Shown here piece by piece: positions 1-12,600 of a DNA stretch of 64,000 nt. Positions within the stretch are counted from its first letter, which is position 1. Each line of letters opens with the position of its first letter. The stretch lies in NCBI GenBank assembly GCA_965235115.1, contig OZ249442.1, positions 8,556,001 to 8,620,000 on the forward strand. Reading direction: 5' to 3'. The DNA comes from Laetmonice hystrix (taxonomy: Eukaryota). Both the position numbers and the translations under genes were made by a program. The notes beneath the pieces were generated by a model that saw nothing but the letters and a program-made list of their open reading frames with translations, had not been told where the DNA came from and did no database searches.

Positions 1-77
1 CAGCAGTACACCGCCCCTCGTCACCCTTCCGGGAAGTCCGACCCGCCAGGTCACGCCATGCAGGCAGGCGGACTTAC

Positions 78-225
78 CCGAACTCTTCCGAGTCCTCCCG
101 AGCGACCCCTTCCGATGGCATCGCCGCCTCCTTCGGGTGTACTCTGAAAACTTCGTGAGATCAGGCGCCCACCCTCCTGGTGAACCATCGCACATAACCC
201 GGACTGACCGATCTAGCCCGGACAT
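78..225 (-). CDS. Possible first coding exon of a gene running off the left edge (MSGLDRSVRVMCDG...RTRKSS)
   Basis: ATG at 225 on the minus strand, GC-rich open frame, consensus donor GTAAGT at 77-72 (phase 1). No recognisable domain. Confidence 0.25.
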
Positions 226-330
226 GGCGAATGCTAAAATGCTATGCGCCGTACAAACAGTTATACCTATAAGAGATATATTGTCCCCCGATATATAAAT
301 GTTCACTACTAGCACATATAGTTGGTGATA

Positions 331-1064
331 TATCGGGTGGATAAAAAAAACGCCCCGAACTTTAAACTTCAATATTTCAAAAAGTAATGATTGTAATTCA
401 ATGAAATTTTTCTTCATATCCCTTCATGATGTTGTCTCTTAGTTGTTAATGTTACAAGTCACACTCGAGTAGGTGGTCAATCGGTCCCCCGTTTTCACTT
501 CATACTGCTCTCAGTCTCTTTTTCCATGAGCCAATGCACTTCCTGATCTCTGATAGGGAAATATCTTCCCAACATTGGGAAATATGCAACGTTCTGAATG
601 TGTTGCTAAACGTGATAATGATACGATTTCCCTTGACCTTCTCGTTACAGTCATATCGTCCTAATGTTGCAGTTTCTCTGTAGGGTTTGGCACATTAAAC
701 ATCTGTACTAGGAATAGCACATAATTTATTATATAGTGGTCCACAACATTATACATATTGTAAAACATGCAAAAACTAAATATTGAAAATGTTTTTACCC
801 AAGGTACAACGCGGTGCATCAAACAGGACTGGTATCAAATTGGACACCTGGCAGCTGCATGATATTTGACCTAATTCCGGCATTGCGTTTTTAGACACTG
901 ATTTTTGTTTTTAGCGCCACGGGATTAATATCAAAACTATTGAGCTGAAACTTTAATATACCAGAGATAATATCATGAAGTGATATTAAGAGAAATTTTA
1001 TTGCATTATAATGCATAGTTTTTGAAATATTAAAGTTCGGGCGTTTTTTTTTATCCACCCGATA
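331..1064 (-). mobile_element. Internally deleted Tc1/mariner element
   Basis: Long imperfect TIRs (TATCGGGTGGATAAAAAAAAACGCCCCGAACTTT.. and its reverse complement at 1032-1064) flanked by TA. The minus strand at about 465-580 reads CWEDISLSEIRKCIGSWKKRLRAV*SENGGPIDHLL, typical of a Tc1-like transposase C-terminus, with a stop. Confidence 0.8.
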
Positions 1065-1659
1065 TATAAATTATGACCACGGTTGAGCGATCAGCGAGCT
1101 GTCGCACAACGGCTAAGCGGTCAAGGAGCACCACAGTGCACCACCGTTGACCAGACCTTTCGGTCCTCTCGCTCAATGACGTAACCTCTCGGTTAGAAGT
1201 CATTTGTCATACAGGGCGGCATTAGTCAGTGGTGTAGCAGAAACCACTGGATCAGGAGGCACGGAGGGGGGGGGGGGGGGATCTAAATATAAGACAGGTA
1301 GGCCTAGGCTACAGGATGGATTTTAGAAGGCCCTATGCCCCTAAGCAGGACCTTACTGTTGGGGGCCAAGGGAAGGGGGGGGGGGCAGACCTAGCAGTCG
1401 CTGCAGTCAGGACCCTAAGACATGTAATGCCATCTAGCATAAATTAGAGTTACCACCATCTCCTGTTATGACGTGCCTGGTAGAAACGGGCATAATGATA
1501 AATAAAAGTTTATCGCTTTACATTATGCAGATATATTTATACATAATACATATATAATTGACAGTATGATGTAGCCCCATGAAAGACATTCCTATGTGAT
1601 CTAGTCTCCACCTAAGGTTTAGGCCTAGGCCCCGGTTCCCTTAGTGATCTTGAGCTGGG

Positions 1660-2060
1660 CACTATGTTTGTCACTCCACGCCAGACGGCGCTGTTCTATG
1701 CTACCAGTGCTGGCACCTAGTGGGCACTGTGTTTGTCACTCCACGCCAGACGGCGCTGTACTACGCTACCAGTGCTGGCTCACTCCACGCCAGATGGCGC
1801 TGGTCCACGCTACCAGTGCTGGCACCTAGTGGGCACTGTGTTTGTCACTCCACGCCAGACGGCGCTGGTCCACGCTACCAGTGCTGGCACCTAGTGGGCA
1901 CTGTGTTTGTCACTCCACGCCAGACGGCGCTGTACTACGCTACCAGTGCTGGCTCACTCCACGCCAGATGGCGCTGGTCCACGCTACCAGTGCTGGCACC
2001 TAGTGGGTACTGTGTTTGTCACTCCACCAGACGGCGCTGTTCCACGCTGACTGGTCCCCT
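1660..2060. repeat. GC-rich compound minisatellite
   Basis: Repeated blocks CACTGTGTTTGTCACTCCACGCCAGACGGCGCTG / CACGCTACCAGTGCTGGCACCTAGTGGG. Explains ORFs 1644 and 1720. Confidence 0.9.
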
Positions 2061-3940
2061 GCTAACTCCTCCCGCCCTCGGAGATACAGACAGGTACACA
2101 CCAAGCAAAACGGGCAGATTTCTGCCCGTTTGGAAGTTGTGACGTCAAAAAAAAAAGACAACCGGAACGACAGAGCACTAATGGCGGGCTCAGACAGAGC
2201 GATGCAACGCGATTCCTTGCAACGGCAACAGTTGCAGTGAATCGCAAGTTGCACACGACTGAGAGACGGGGGAGCTTACACAGAGCAACGCGATCGCTAG
2301 CGCTATACAGCAACCCTATTACGTCACAATTAGCGTGGGTAAGGGGGGTAGCTTTTTGGGGGAAAGTTTGCCCTGCAAATTCTTTAATTTCAACAGGTTA
2401 GACTAGAGCGTCTACATGTTATACCAACACCTCCGCTGCCTACTGTCATCCCACTTTCTTGCCAAATAGCTGGTAATTTGCAGGGTTGATTGTTCTGGTG
2501 CGCAGATTTGGATGGGCTGCGCAGCAAACAGCTGCTACTTTAAACTAGAAACTTTGTTTGCCAAGTAATACAGGTAAGATCCCATTTCCCCAATGGTTTT
2601 CTATCATTACCTACAGTTGTCTTCCCTTTAATTTGACTGTTATTCAGCTCTCATTCAAAAACGTATGCAGACAGTTACACCTGCAGTTCAAACCCACAGC
2701 TAATTCAGTTATGTCAGTTCTGAATACACAGTCATATTCCTCCAACCCCACCCTGACTGGAAGGAAAGGGGGATTAGTCACGACCGACGGGCCTACCGGC
2801 GGGCCCTAAATATGAAGTCTATCCACATCAATCTGCTGGCTCACTAAACCAAGGACAGCTGGCCAAGAGTTGTCTTGTAAATTCAAAGAGACAGCCTTCA
2901 TCAGAGTTTTGTTTTATTGCTCTCCTCCAATATAAGATTCAAGAAAATGTGTATTAGACAGTTACACCTATACAGCTCTAAAGCAGGGCTAAATTTCAGT
3001 TGGGTTTGTTCTGGACATACAGATTCCAACCCCACCCTGACTGGGAGGACCGGGGGAGTCGACACCAGCGGCCCTTATCAGCACCAATTACATAACTCTC
3101 TGCCGACCTGGCTCTCTGGCCAGGCGGACCTCACAGCGGGCGATCTGTGTATACAGAGACCACAACCATCCTAGTGACAAACATTATATTGTCAAGACTA
3201 TACCCATTAAAACTTGGAATTCTGGCCATATTACCTTTTCAAAAAGAGAACTAAACAGTCAGTGGTAACGTAAATCTATACACTTTGTAATTGTTGTATT
3301 TGCATATGGCTATCTTAAATACGTTTTAAGGTAGAGCCTGTGTACGTCAGATTACATATTTCATCATACATAAAAAAGTATTGGTAAATTTATGAAAAGA
3401 AATATGCAAAATGACCAATCTTTAATAGGAGCACACATATAGTGACCAAATATATGATTCCTATCTCGTTGAAGTAGTTTTAGCAAAAATTGCCAAAAGT
3501 GCCAAATTTTAAAGTCACGTGACTCTCTAAATATAGGTCAAATTCCCGATTTCAAACCATCTCCATAAAGAGCCACCTTATGAGACTCTTCGGACACACT
3601 TTGCCTACATATTGCCGAATATCAAGGGAGGAGATGCAATTTAAGCTGTTTAACATCTTTGACCTAGATCTCACAAAGGTCAAAGGTCAGAGGTCAAATT
3701 CAGGTGCATGACGATTAATGCCTAGGGCCTAATTAGGAACTATCATGGAGATTGCTCCTACTTTTCCAGAAATTCAAGAAATGAGCCCTCCTTTGAGAAA
3801 TTTTAACACGTCATAAGTCATTGACGTGACGTCATATGACATAATCAGTCAATAGCTGATCATTTTAGTGGATGATCAATGTTCCCTGCAAGTTTCATGA
3901 CGATACCTTCATAGATAACCGAGATACGGCCATAGTCTAA

Positions 3941-4084
3941 NNNNNNNNNNNNNNNNNNNNNNNNNNNNNNNNNNNNNNNNNNNNNNNNNNNNNNNNNNNN
4001 NNNNNNNNNNNNNNNNNNNNNNNNNNNNNNNNNNNNNNNNNNNNNNNNNNNNNNNNNNNNNNNNNNNNNNNNNNNNNNNNNNNN
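3941..4084. other. Assembly gap (144 N)
   Basis: N run. Confidence 1.
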
Positions 4085-4143
4085 CCAAGTAATTTCAAAA
4101 TCCCATTTCCTCCTTTGGGGGGGGGGGAAATGGGATAATAATC

Positions 4144-4145
<2 letters not shown>

Positions 4146-4175
<30 letters not shown>

Positions 4176-4180
4176 AAGAA
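4146..4180. repeat. (GAA)n microsatellite
   Basis: About 11 GAA units. Confidence 0.95.
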
Positions 4181-7100
4181 TAGTGTAGACGAAACCGAGT
4201 AATTTCAATTTCCCCCTTTGGGGGGGGGGGGGATGGGATAATCCCCCTTGGGGGGGGGGGGTGAATGGGATAACAACCTTGCCGTGTGGTCATTTGCTTA
4301 GGGAAATCAACAACAGGGGGCGGTCCGATCGGGTCTGGGCATAGACGGACAAGCGGAGGCGCCACTGCATATACTCACCAGGTGGCGCCAGTTATTTCCT
4401 CAAACTGGGATTTACGGAGATCGAGTGTGGCCGCCACAGGACTGGTACCGCCCTCCGACCCAATCCGCCCATCATTGGTCGATTGTTGGAGAGAGACTTC
4501 TTAGGTAACACTACTAACGGTACTACTAGTAATTACGTTTCTCCCCGAACCACCACTTACCGGGCAATAGTTGTTGAACTATTGCCCATGGGAAATAGTT
4601 CGACAAATCCGTTGCGTAGAATTCTATACTCGTTGGTGATAGGCCTATAGCAATAGGCCTACCTTGCCTGCAGAACTTCGGAGACAAGAACGGACAAGGA
4701 ATTTTCCGCACTTACAAGGATTTTGAATTTATATGAAAAAGAGATTCAGATCTAGGATCACAGTGAGTGTGGCATCACAGTGAGTGATTAATGTAGGTCA
4801 CACTCACAGGAAGAGAACTACAAATAACACACCACCCAGTCGCCGGGAATCGCTATGTTTACTTTTGAATGAAAAGCATGTAGGTCTATGGCGTGTTATA
4901 AAACACATGTTGACTGGCCTTAGGCCTATTCGGGCAACAGAATAAGTCTGTTCCCCCCTCGGGCCATGTTGATCACCCCAAAATCAATTTCCCTCGGGCG
5001 ATGCCCCCGGGAAGTCCCTCGGGAGGAGGGGGGGGGGGCAGACGTATGCTGTTGCCCTCTTGACCAGTCAACATGTGTATAATGATCAGAGACAGTCTAA
5101 GGATGGCACAGGTCAAATATATTTTTGATATCATTCAAAATGGTCGCATTGGTGGTCATCTTGGATCTAACACATTTGAAGCAATAACTCAGACAGAATT
5201 GTCCGGATTTCTTTCAAACTGGAAGTGGGAGATGTTTTTTTTATACTTTTATCATATTTCTTATTCACACTAGATCGGGTACTTTCGTTATAACATGACA
5301 GAAAAATCAGAATACTACAATCAATGATGTCCACATAATTTGATACAATATATCAGCTTCTTTCTTTGTGTCTGCCTCTGTAATTCCTGTCTAGCTGACA
5401 TATCTGGCAAATTATGTGTCCCGATTATGTGTCCATGTACGGTGACATACTTTGCTGCATTTTTAGAATGCCTACAGAAATGGTCCAATAACAGTTAAAC
5501 ACTGTCCAACATCAATATTTATTCCATTCTGCTTTAACTATGCAGCCCTTGGCGTGTATTCTTTTGTGCTTGTAATGAATTTTATTAACAACCGAAAGAA
5601 TTTATTATTAAAGTGGGATTTCTTTCCTTGTGTGAGGACGAATAGGATACGTAGTTAATAATTGGTTTTAAAGTGTATGAATTATAGTTCCTAGAAGCTT
5701 AAAATGGGTACCAAAAAAAGATGCGAGTCTTTGCATTTACTGGGTGAAACGATGACTATTACCCATGTACGGTGACAAAATAGGCAATCGATCTGTATTT
5801 CACTTAATAACAGGTAGAGTCGTATAGTTACAAAGTTTTAGAACAACTTTATATATCTTCGTAGACCCGCAAGTGACCACTGAGCTCAAGGAAGATATAT
5901 TACTTTCAATGAGTTCCCAGAAAATAGTAGACACTGTGGGGTATAGCCAAATTCTAGCTTAACGCTTTAATACTTGAGCATAATAATAAAATGATATCAT
6001 TGCAAATCCCCAAAATTGAGAAATATCCTTAATGTAGGCATATATAATATTAAATATTTTGATATATGTTGATTAACCTTGGGTATTCAGTTTCACAATG
6101 TGTACATGGGCAGTGACTGTGCGTCGGCAGCATGACATAGGTAACTTTGACTGTTAAATGTGCGATAACACAGTAACTTTTAATCTTTTTACCTCCCACA
6201 ATAGTCTTGTTACATTAACATTAATTTCAGGTCAAAATACTGTCCTAACATATGATATTGTTTTCAAGACAACCATTATATACCTACAAATATATTGTAA
6301 TATATAAATAACTGTCTTCATTTACTTTGTCATAAATTATACAGATGTAATACCTACCCCTTAACAACTGGAGTAGTTAACAACCGGCGCGACCCACTGT
6401 GTCTTTCACCTTTCACCTATATTGTAGATATAACGCGAGGTATAGCACTACAGTTACCTCCAAACTTTCCCCTTATTAGCCCATGGTGACCTGACCATGT
6501 ATGGTGACATGCTTTTTTATTTTGATCTGAGTTATTCACTTACACCCACAAAAGGTTTCAATAATATATTAATAACATCTTTAGGGTCTATGATTGTTTA
6601 GAATATCTTTTCCTAATATCAACATATACAAAGGGAAAACAGACCCATCTACGGTGACATAAGAAACTACCCCACCAACTTCAAACCCATGCAGTCAGTG
6701 ATACCCTTAGAGGACAGATTTAATTCCTTTTATAGATAGAGCTACTAACAAATGCGCAATCATATTTAATATCTGCTAGGAAATATATAGTCTTGGTTAA
6801 GAAAAAGACCTTTTCTTCCCCTGTGCCCACGTACGGTGACGATAGCCTACCCGGGGGTTGGGGGGTTGGGCCTAAAATCAATATAAATATCAATTATAAA
6901 TAAAGGAAAAATGCATCAATTTTATATAGGCCTACTACAAGGGATAAAGAGTCACGTAGATGTAATCAATAAAACTGTTTTATTTGTGTATAGAGGCCTT
7001 AAACTTGGGATATTGTGGTTTTTAACAGAAAAACGCCAAATAATGAGCATTCTGAGACGAAGTATGTGACGGGATCTGTGTAAAGAACCAACGTCTTCTT

Positions 7101-7218
7101 CCATGGCGTTTAATGACTGTTTTCCCTCCCCAAAAAAAGATTTAACACTTCCGGTGGATTTAACGAACAACTTTTTGGTGTTCGTAATTTGCGACAGTGA
7201 AAAGGGAATAAAGACACC

Positions 7219-7524
7219 TTGAACGACATCGTCAGAACAACGAAAAGTTTATGCAACAGATTCTGGAGGATTTCGGGGTATCGTAACTTACGACACGTCC
7301 TAGAACAAGAACGACTTTTTATGCAACGGCTATTGTCGGTGTTCATGGAAAATTTGATCTTTGTTGTTTATGCAACAGGCCGGTCTTTTCAATTTCCATC
7401 AAATGGCTATAATTGCATGCATGCCATTTTGATTTTCGTAGATACAAGCTACAAACCCCATCGTCCACGATTTCGTGGAATTGTCCAAATAGATGACACT
7501 ATGCTTCTCTGCCGCAAAACTTGA
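7219..7524 (+). pseudogene. Possible degraded Merlin/IS1595-like DDE transposase fragment
   Basis: ORF ends RFRGIVQIDDTMLLCRK, resembling the G-x-I-V-E/Q-I-D-E motif around the first catalytic Asp. The rest is not alignable by eye. Confidence 0.3.
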
Positions 7525-7690
7525 AGCAAAAATAAACTAGAATATTTATGCTTATCAACTTAGTCACCACCCAGCAGGCCCAAATGACCAACAAGCAGAT
7601 AGATCGAGCACCAAAAAAACGTCATGTATGTGCCCTACTTCTCCCAGGGCCTTTGTGTAGACATAGGAAGTAACGCCTGCTTTTGGAGAG

Positions 7691-7756
7691 TATAAAGTCA
7701 GGCGGTGTGAGAAGAGCCATACGCAGCAAGTAGCTGTATCACTTTGTCAGGTAAGG
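7691..7756 (+). promoter_or_regulatory. Candidate TATA box and short non-coding first exon of the CARD-BTB-Kelch gene
   Basis: TATAAAG at 7691-7697, then a strong donor CAG|GTAAGG at 7750/7751, about 55 nt downstream. It lies upstream of the first coding exon. Confidence 0.4.
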
Positions 7757-7829
7757 AGACACATTTGATTACCTGTTACTGTTTTCACAAGGGACTATGG
7801 TGTCCCATTTCCTGGCAGACACGATGAGG

Positions 7830-8205
7830 TGTTATGGCAGTCTCTGTCAGTCTCTGTGTGACAATGTTAGCCTAGTGTGAGGTGGCCTACATTTGGTCTG
7901 GTTATGAGGTGGTATCTCACTATTGTCAGTCATAGAAGTAGTGAAACACGATGGAGTGTTATGGCGGTCTCTGTCAGTCTCCGTGTGACAATGTTAGTGT
8001 TACTCTAGTGTGAGGTGACCTACATTTGGCCTGATTATGAGGTGGTATCTCACTATTGTCAGTCATAGAGGTAGTGAAACACGATGGAGTGTTATGGCGG
8101 TCTCTGTCAGTCTCTCTGTGACCACGTTACTCTAGTGTGAGGTGACCTACATTTGGCCTGATTATGAGGTGGTATCTCACTATTGTCAGTCATAGAGGTA
8201 GTTTA
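7830..8205. repeat. Tandem repeat of about 120-130 bp, 3 copies
   Basis: Repeated GTGTTATGGCGGTCTCTGTCAGTCT...CTAGTGTGAGGTGACCTACATTTGG...GAGGTGGTATCTCACTATTGTCAGTCATAG. Confidence 0.9.
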
Positions 8206-8339
8206 GAACTATTGGTCTGGGTGTTGGTGTAAGTTGTAACACCGTTAGTGTAGTAATACCACCTACCTTGGAGAAATGTCCTTCGTTAGAAATCACAGGC
8301 AGCCCTACATCCCCACAAGGGAGTATGCCCTACAAGATC

Positions 8340-8636
8340 AACCCCCCCCCCCATCCGGCTAAATACTGACCCTAATCCCGGGGCGAATTTGCGAGGGGGT
8401 CGCCCCCCCCCCTTCGTCAGGGTACCAATCAGAAAAAAAAGCAAAATTTTGCTGTTCGCAACTTTAAAAGCAAACATTTTGCTTTCTCAGAATGCAGGAA
8501 ATGCCATTTCAGAGACTCTAGATTTTCCAAATTATGCTGGGGCATGCCCCCGGACCCCCCAGCAGGGCTCGGGTCCTCGGATGACTGCTACACGGTAAAC
8601 CGGCCCCCTTTTCCCAAAATCCTGGATCCGCCCCTG
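8340..8636. mobile_element. MITE of the GGATCCGCCCCTG-ended family (related ends at about 41220-41300, 63050-63245, 63890)
   Basis: Terminal CCTGGATCCGCCCCTG and internal CCCCGGACCCCC shared with 63110-63245. Confidence 0.6.
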
Positions 8637-8709
8637 AACCTTTTGTATTTGTTCCAACAGATGTCTGAGTCAATTATATAAACCTATACATTTGTATTCA
8701 TTCGAAAAT

Positions 8710-9275
8710 ATGTAAACAGGGGCGCCGGCATGCAATTGGAGCTAGTGGCACTGGCCCATTGTGTAAACAGGGGTGGCCTCATGCAGGTGGAGCTAGTGGC
8801 ACTGGTCCATTGTGTAAACAGGGGTGGTGTCGTGCAGGTGGAGCTAGTGGCACTGGCCCATTGTGTAAACAGGGTTCGGTGACATGCAGGTGGAGCTAGT
8901 GGCACTGGTCCATTGTGTAAACAGGGTTCGGTGACATGCAGGTGGAGCTAGTGGCACTGGTCCATTGTGTAAACAGGGGTGGTGTCGTGCAGGTGGAGCT
9001 AGTGGCACTGGTCCATTGTGTAAACAGGGGTGGCCTCATGCAGGTGGAGCTCGTGGCACTGGTCCATTGTGTAAACAGGGGTGGTGTCGTACAGGTGGAG
9101 CTAGTGGCACTGGCCCATTGTGTAAACAGGGTTCGGTGACATGCAGGTGGAGCTAGTGGCACTGGTCCATTGTGTAAACAGGGGTGGTGTCGTACAGGTG
9201 GAGCTAGTGGCACTGGTCCATTGTGTAAACAGGGGTGGTGTCGTACAGGTGGAGCTAGTGGCACTGGTCCATTGT
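8710..9275. repeat. 50-51 bp minisatellite, about 11 copies
   Basis: Unit GTGTAAACAGGGGTGGTGTCGTGCAGGTGGAGCTAGTGGCACTGGTCCATT. Confidence 0.95.
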
Positions 9276-9646
9276 ACAGAAAGATTCAGAAAAAAGTTAG
9301 CCTGGAGAAAGTTTCTGTGAGACAGATTTTCATCTATATCTAGCCGAACTTTTGAACTCATAAGACTTTTGAAGGTGTTGGTGTTTGGGAAACGTTTTAT
9401 GCCCCTATCATGGGTGGATCCATGGAGGGCGTCTGGCCAATGAAAATCACCCTTGTGGCCCCCTTAAACTACCCCAGAATCAGTGAGTAATGAGTAAGTC
9501 TCCTATCATGGGTGGATCCAGGGGTACTTAGCACCTCGAGGGCATCTGGCCAATGAAAATCACCCGTGTGCCCCTAGACTACCCAGAGTGTATCTTCTTT
9601 GATTACAGATTTCAGGCCTGGTTCACAGATTTCATACCAACCAACA

Positions 9647-9682
9647 ATGGCGCAGATCGGAATCACAAAGGCTGAGTGGGAG
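9647..9682 (+). CDS. CARD-BTB-Kelch exon 1 (MAQIGITKAEWE)
   Basis: Kozak ATG, donor GAG|GTAACC, phase 0. Confidence 0.65.
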
Positions 9683-12600
9683 GTAACCTTTTACCGATAT
9701 TATTTATTCTTTTGTTCAACTTTTGGTGGAGGGAGGTAATTCTGAAGCCCCCTTACGTTCTGGCTGTGTCGACTGGTTTTCCTCTCTCTCCTTCCTTTCC
9801 GTTTCCAGGTTCGATATGCCACATTACGTCACCACCCTCTCCAATGCCACATTAGACAGCGTCTGATGTCTAGCAGAGTCGCCTTGGTGGAGAACCTGTG
9901 GATAAACGATGAATTCCTCAACCACTTACAAAAGGAAGAGGTCCTCAACATCTCCCTCTCAGGGGAAGTTAAGGTAACTTATATCTGAGTAGATCTACTG
10001 TCATGTCACTTTAGGCCTAGTGCTATTCCTCAAACATTATCAATGTCTTTAGCGTATTTGCCGGTTTTACTGGTAGGCCCAAGTGAAGAGATATTTTTAC
10101 CATTCCTTCTGTAGCCTACCGTAGGCTGTCTGTGCACCTGTTGATGTCTTTTGTAAATTCAAGGTTTAGGTGTGATGCTTGCTCAAATTACATGGGTATT
10201 TTGTATATTGGTCTGGGTAAGACTAAGCCAAAAATTGCTCGGGCAGACAGAAGGGCTAGTAATCTTCCAAAGTTCTCGCAGCGGGTCATTAGACTACATC
10301 TTATCTTAGCAAGAACTTTCAAGTATGCATATTGTTTCAGGCAAAGCCTGCCGGAAACGCCCGATCAAGCCTGTTCTTTGACCTGATTTCAAGGAGGTCA
10401 ATGTGGCACTACGGCAAGCTCATAGACTCCTTGATGGCTACTGGTAGAGAGCATGTCGCTTCCCTGCTGCCAGCTGCCGGTAAGTTTCTGCACTACAGAG
10501 CATTAGTCGGAATTGGTCACTTCTTAGCGTCTCTGAAGTTAAAATGGCAGCGTTAACAACAGGTATTTTTCCAACCCTCGCAGACTTTTGTAGGCCTTGC
10601 CAAACATCACAACTCCCGTAATTATCGGCCAATTGGCATTGTAAGGAAAATCACTGAAAAAACGCCTGGAACATGTTTAATAACTAAAGAAATTATTGCC
10701 CCTAAAGACGACAGAATGATTTAAACGCAGTTTGATCATGCTTTCTGAGGGCATGATTTGGGAGACCCCACATGGGAATGAATGGACAAATTGGGGCCTG
10801 AAAGTCGTTCCCACCACGTGTTCGCTTGGAGTGTCGAGAAACGCCGAGAACTAAGATCTAGGGACAGTTAAACATAGAGTGAAATATTCTTCCTGACCAT
10901 AATAAAAACTATTGCCCTTTGAAGAGAGTAGGAAGGAGTAGCTTAGTGGTGGACTGTACAAACGTGCCATGATATGTGTAGGCACGCAGACATACCTCTC
11001 TATCTACCTGTCGTTATCCATGAATACTATATTGTATTTTGTGGCACCACAATTAGATGATGGTGGTTGGAGGAAGTGGTCGAAGTTAGTTTCACAAACA
11101 TCCACGTAGCACAGATACGTGGATTTGGATATTTTCATTACCATTTCTCTCACTGGCCTTCCCCAGTGCTCCGCAACTGGGTTATCAAAGGGTTTGGTAT
11201 GTGCAGCAGCCATGTCTGGGTGATTGAGATTCGAACCGTTCCCCTTGCCATTTTTCTAAAAGAGTAGAGATTGCCTCCCGCCGGCGGGGTTTCTTCCTAA
11301 TTCCCCATCATGAGCTCCTTAGACTCGCGGTACAAAAATCTCATAACTGAGCAAGTTTTAAGATTTCTTTCTCCTATTGGTTCAATACTTCCGACATTGT
11401 GTAATATGGTAAACCCTAGACAGAGTATCCGTCTCTGTACTACCGTATACAGAGACGGACGCCACTTAATGCAAGTTCCTGGTGTGTTTGGTCAAATCAT
11501 CCAACCACCATTAAAAACCCCTCCCCTGCCCATATATCTGGACTGAATATTGATAAACATGCTTAAAGTAACTTAGCACTTATTTCCAAATTTGGAAAGC
11601 CCGACGAGACATAATAAGCACAAAGTCTGGAATCGACGAATTTCGCTCTCTGCCTAACGCGGTCATTTTGACCTCCCGGGTCAGGGAGTAGCCTGGTACC
11701 CTGCTTAACAGACGCGTCCGCTATGTTGCGACATACGTAGAGCAGGGGACCTTGCGAGGTCAGAGAGATGCATGCTGGGACATAAACAGGCCACGGAATT
11801 TGATGTTTTATCCTTAAAATACTTGTCAAACAACTAAAAGACGACGTTGCCCCTGATAAATGGATGCCGTTGAGTTGATCGGTACATGAATTTGCGCTGC
11901 CCCTGACACACCAATTTTTAACATTGAGTGGTCGTACACCTCACTGGCTAAGGCTTACTACGTATGCTAGGTAAACCCCTACATAGGCTTCCCAGCGCCA
12001 TCTATCGGATCCCGTCGATAATTCCACATTGTACTGTTCTTACAGTGATATTACCAGACGATTTCAGGATGTTTGAACAACTTTTACCAAAGATGGCAGA
12101 CCTTGGTGTTCTGTCTGGAGACGAGGTGTCTGAACTCCAGGTGAGTGAAGGGATATGTCGAGACGTAACTCCAATAGACTGCTGTGTCAGCCAGGGAGTT
12201 GGGCCTTGCAAACAGGAATGCTAGCTTTTCTTAGCCAATCAGCCAAATGAGGATTTAGCCAACCAAGGGCAAAATGGTTGTGCAGACATTCGCTATAGGC
12301 CACCAACCTGCAGACATTTTTAAAATAGAAATTTTTAGCAGGCAAGCATCAATGATATAAAATCTTATCAATCCTCCCTTACGATGTTCAATATTTTCAA
12401 AAACATGTACGTTGAGAAGGAAGTACGGTATTGGTGTGTGAAAATCATGTCGATTTTCTATGTATCGCGCATAAAAAGGTTGGAATTACTTCAATAGATT
12501 TGGGAAAGATTGTTCCTCTGAGATGCTGATGCTCAAAAAAGGCATCTCTGGCATTCCTGAAAAAGAATTTCGAGGAGGGGGGGGGGGGGGTGCTTTAATC

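Noticed and set aside
2108-2131. Hairpin AAACGGGCAGA-TT-TCTGCCCGTTT as a terminator
   Set aside because: Intrinsic terminators are prokaryotic. This is probably a repeat-element palindrome.
3937-4365. ORFs spanning N gaps or poly-G/C runs (3937, 55468, 55472 and many poly-Gly/Pro ORFs)
   Set aside because: Artefacts of gaps and homopolymer tracts in MITEs.
11004-11829. Short ORFs in CARD-gene intron 3 as viral/TE genes or extra exons
   Set aside because: No recognisable motif, and no phase 1-1 exon with credible splice sites was found by eye.
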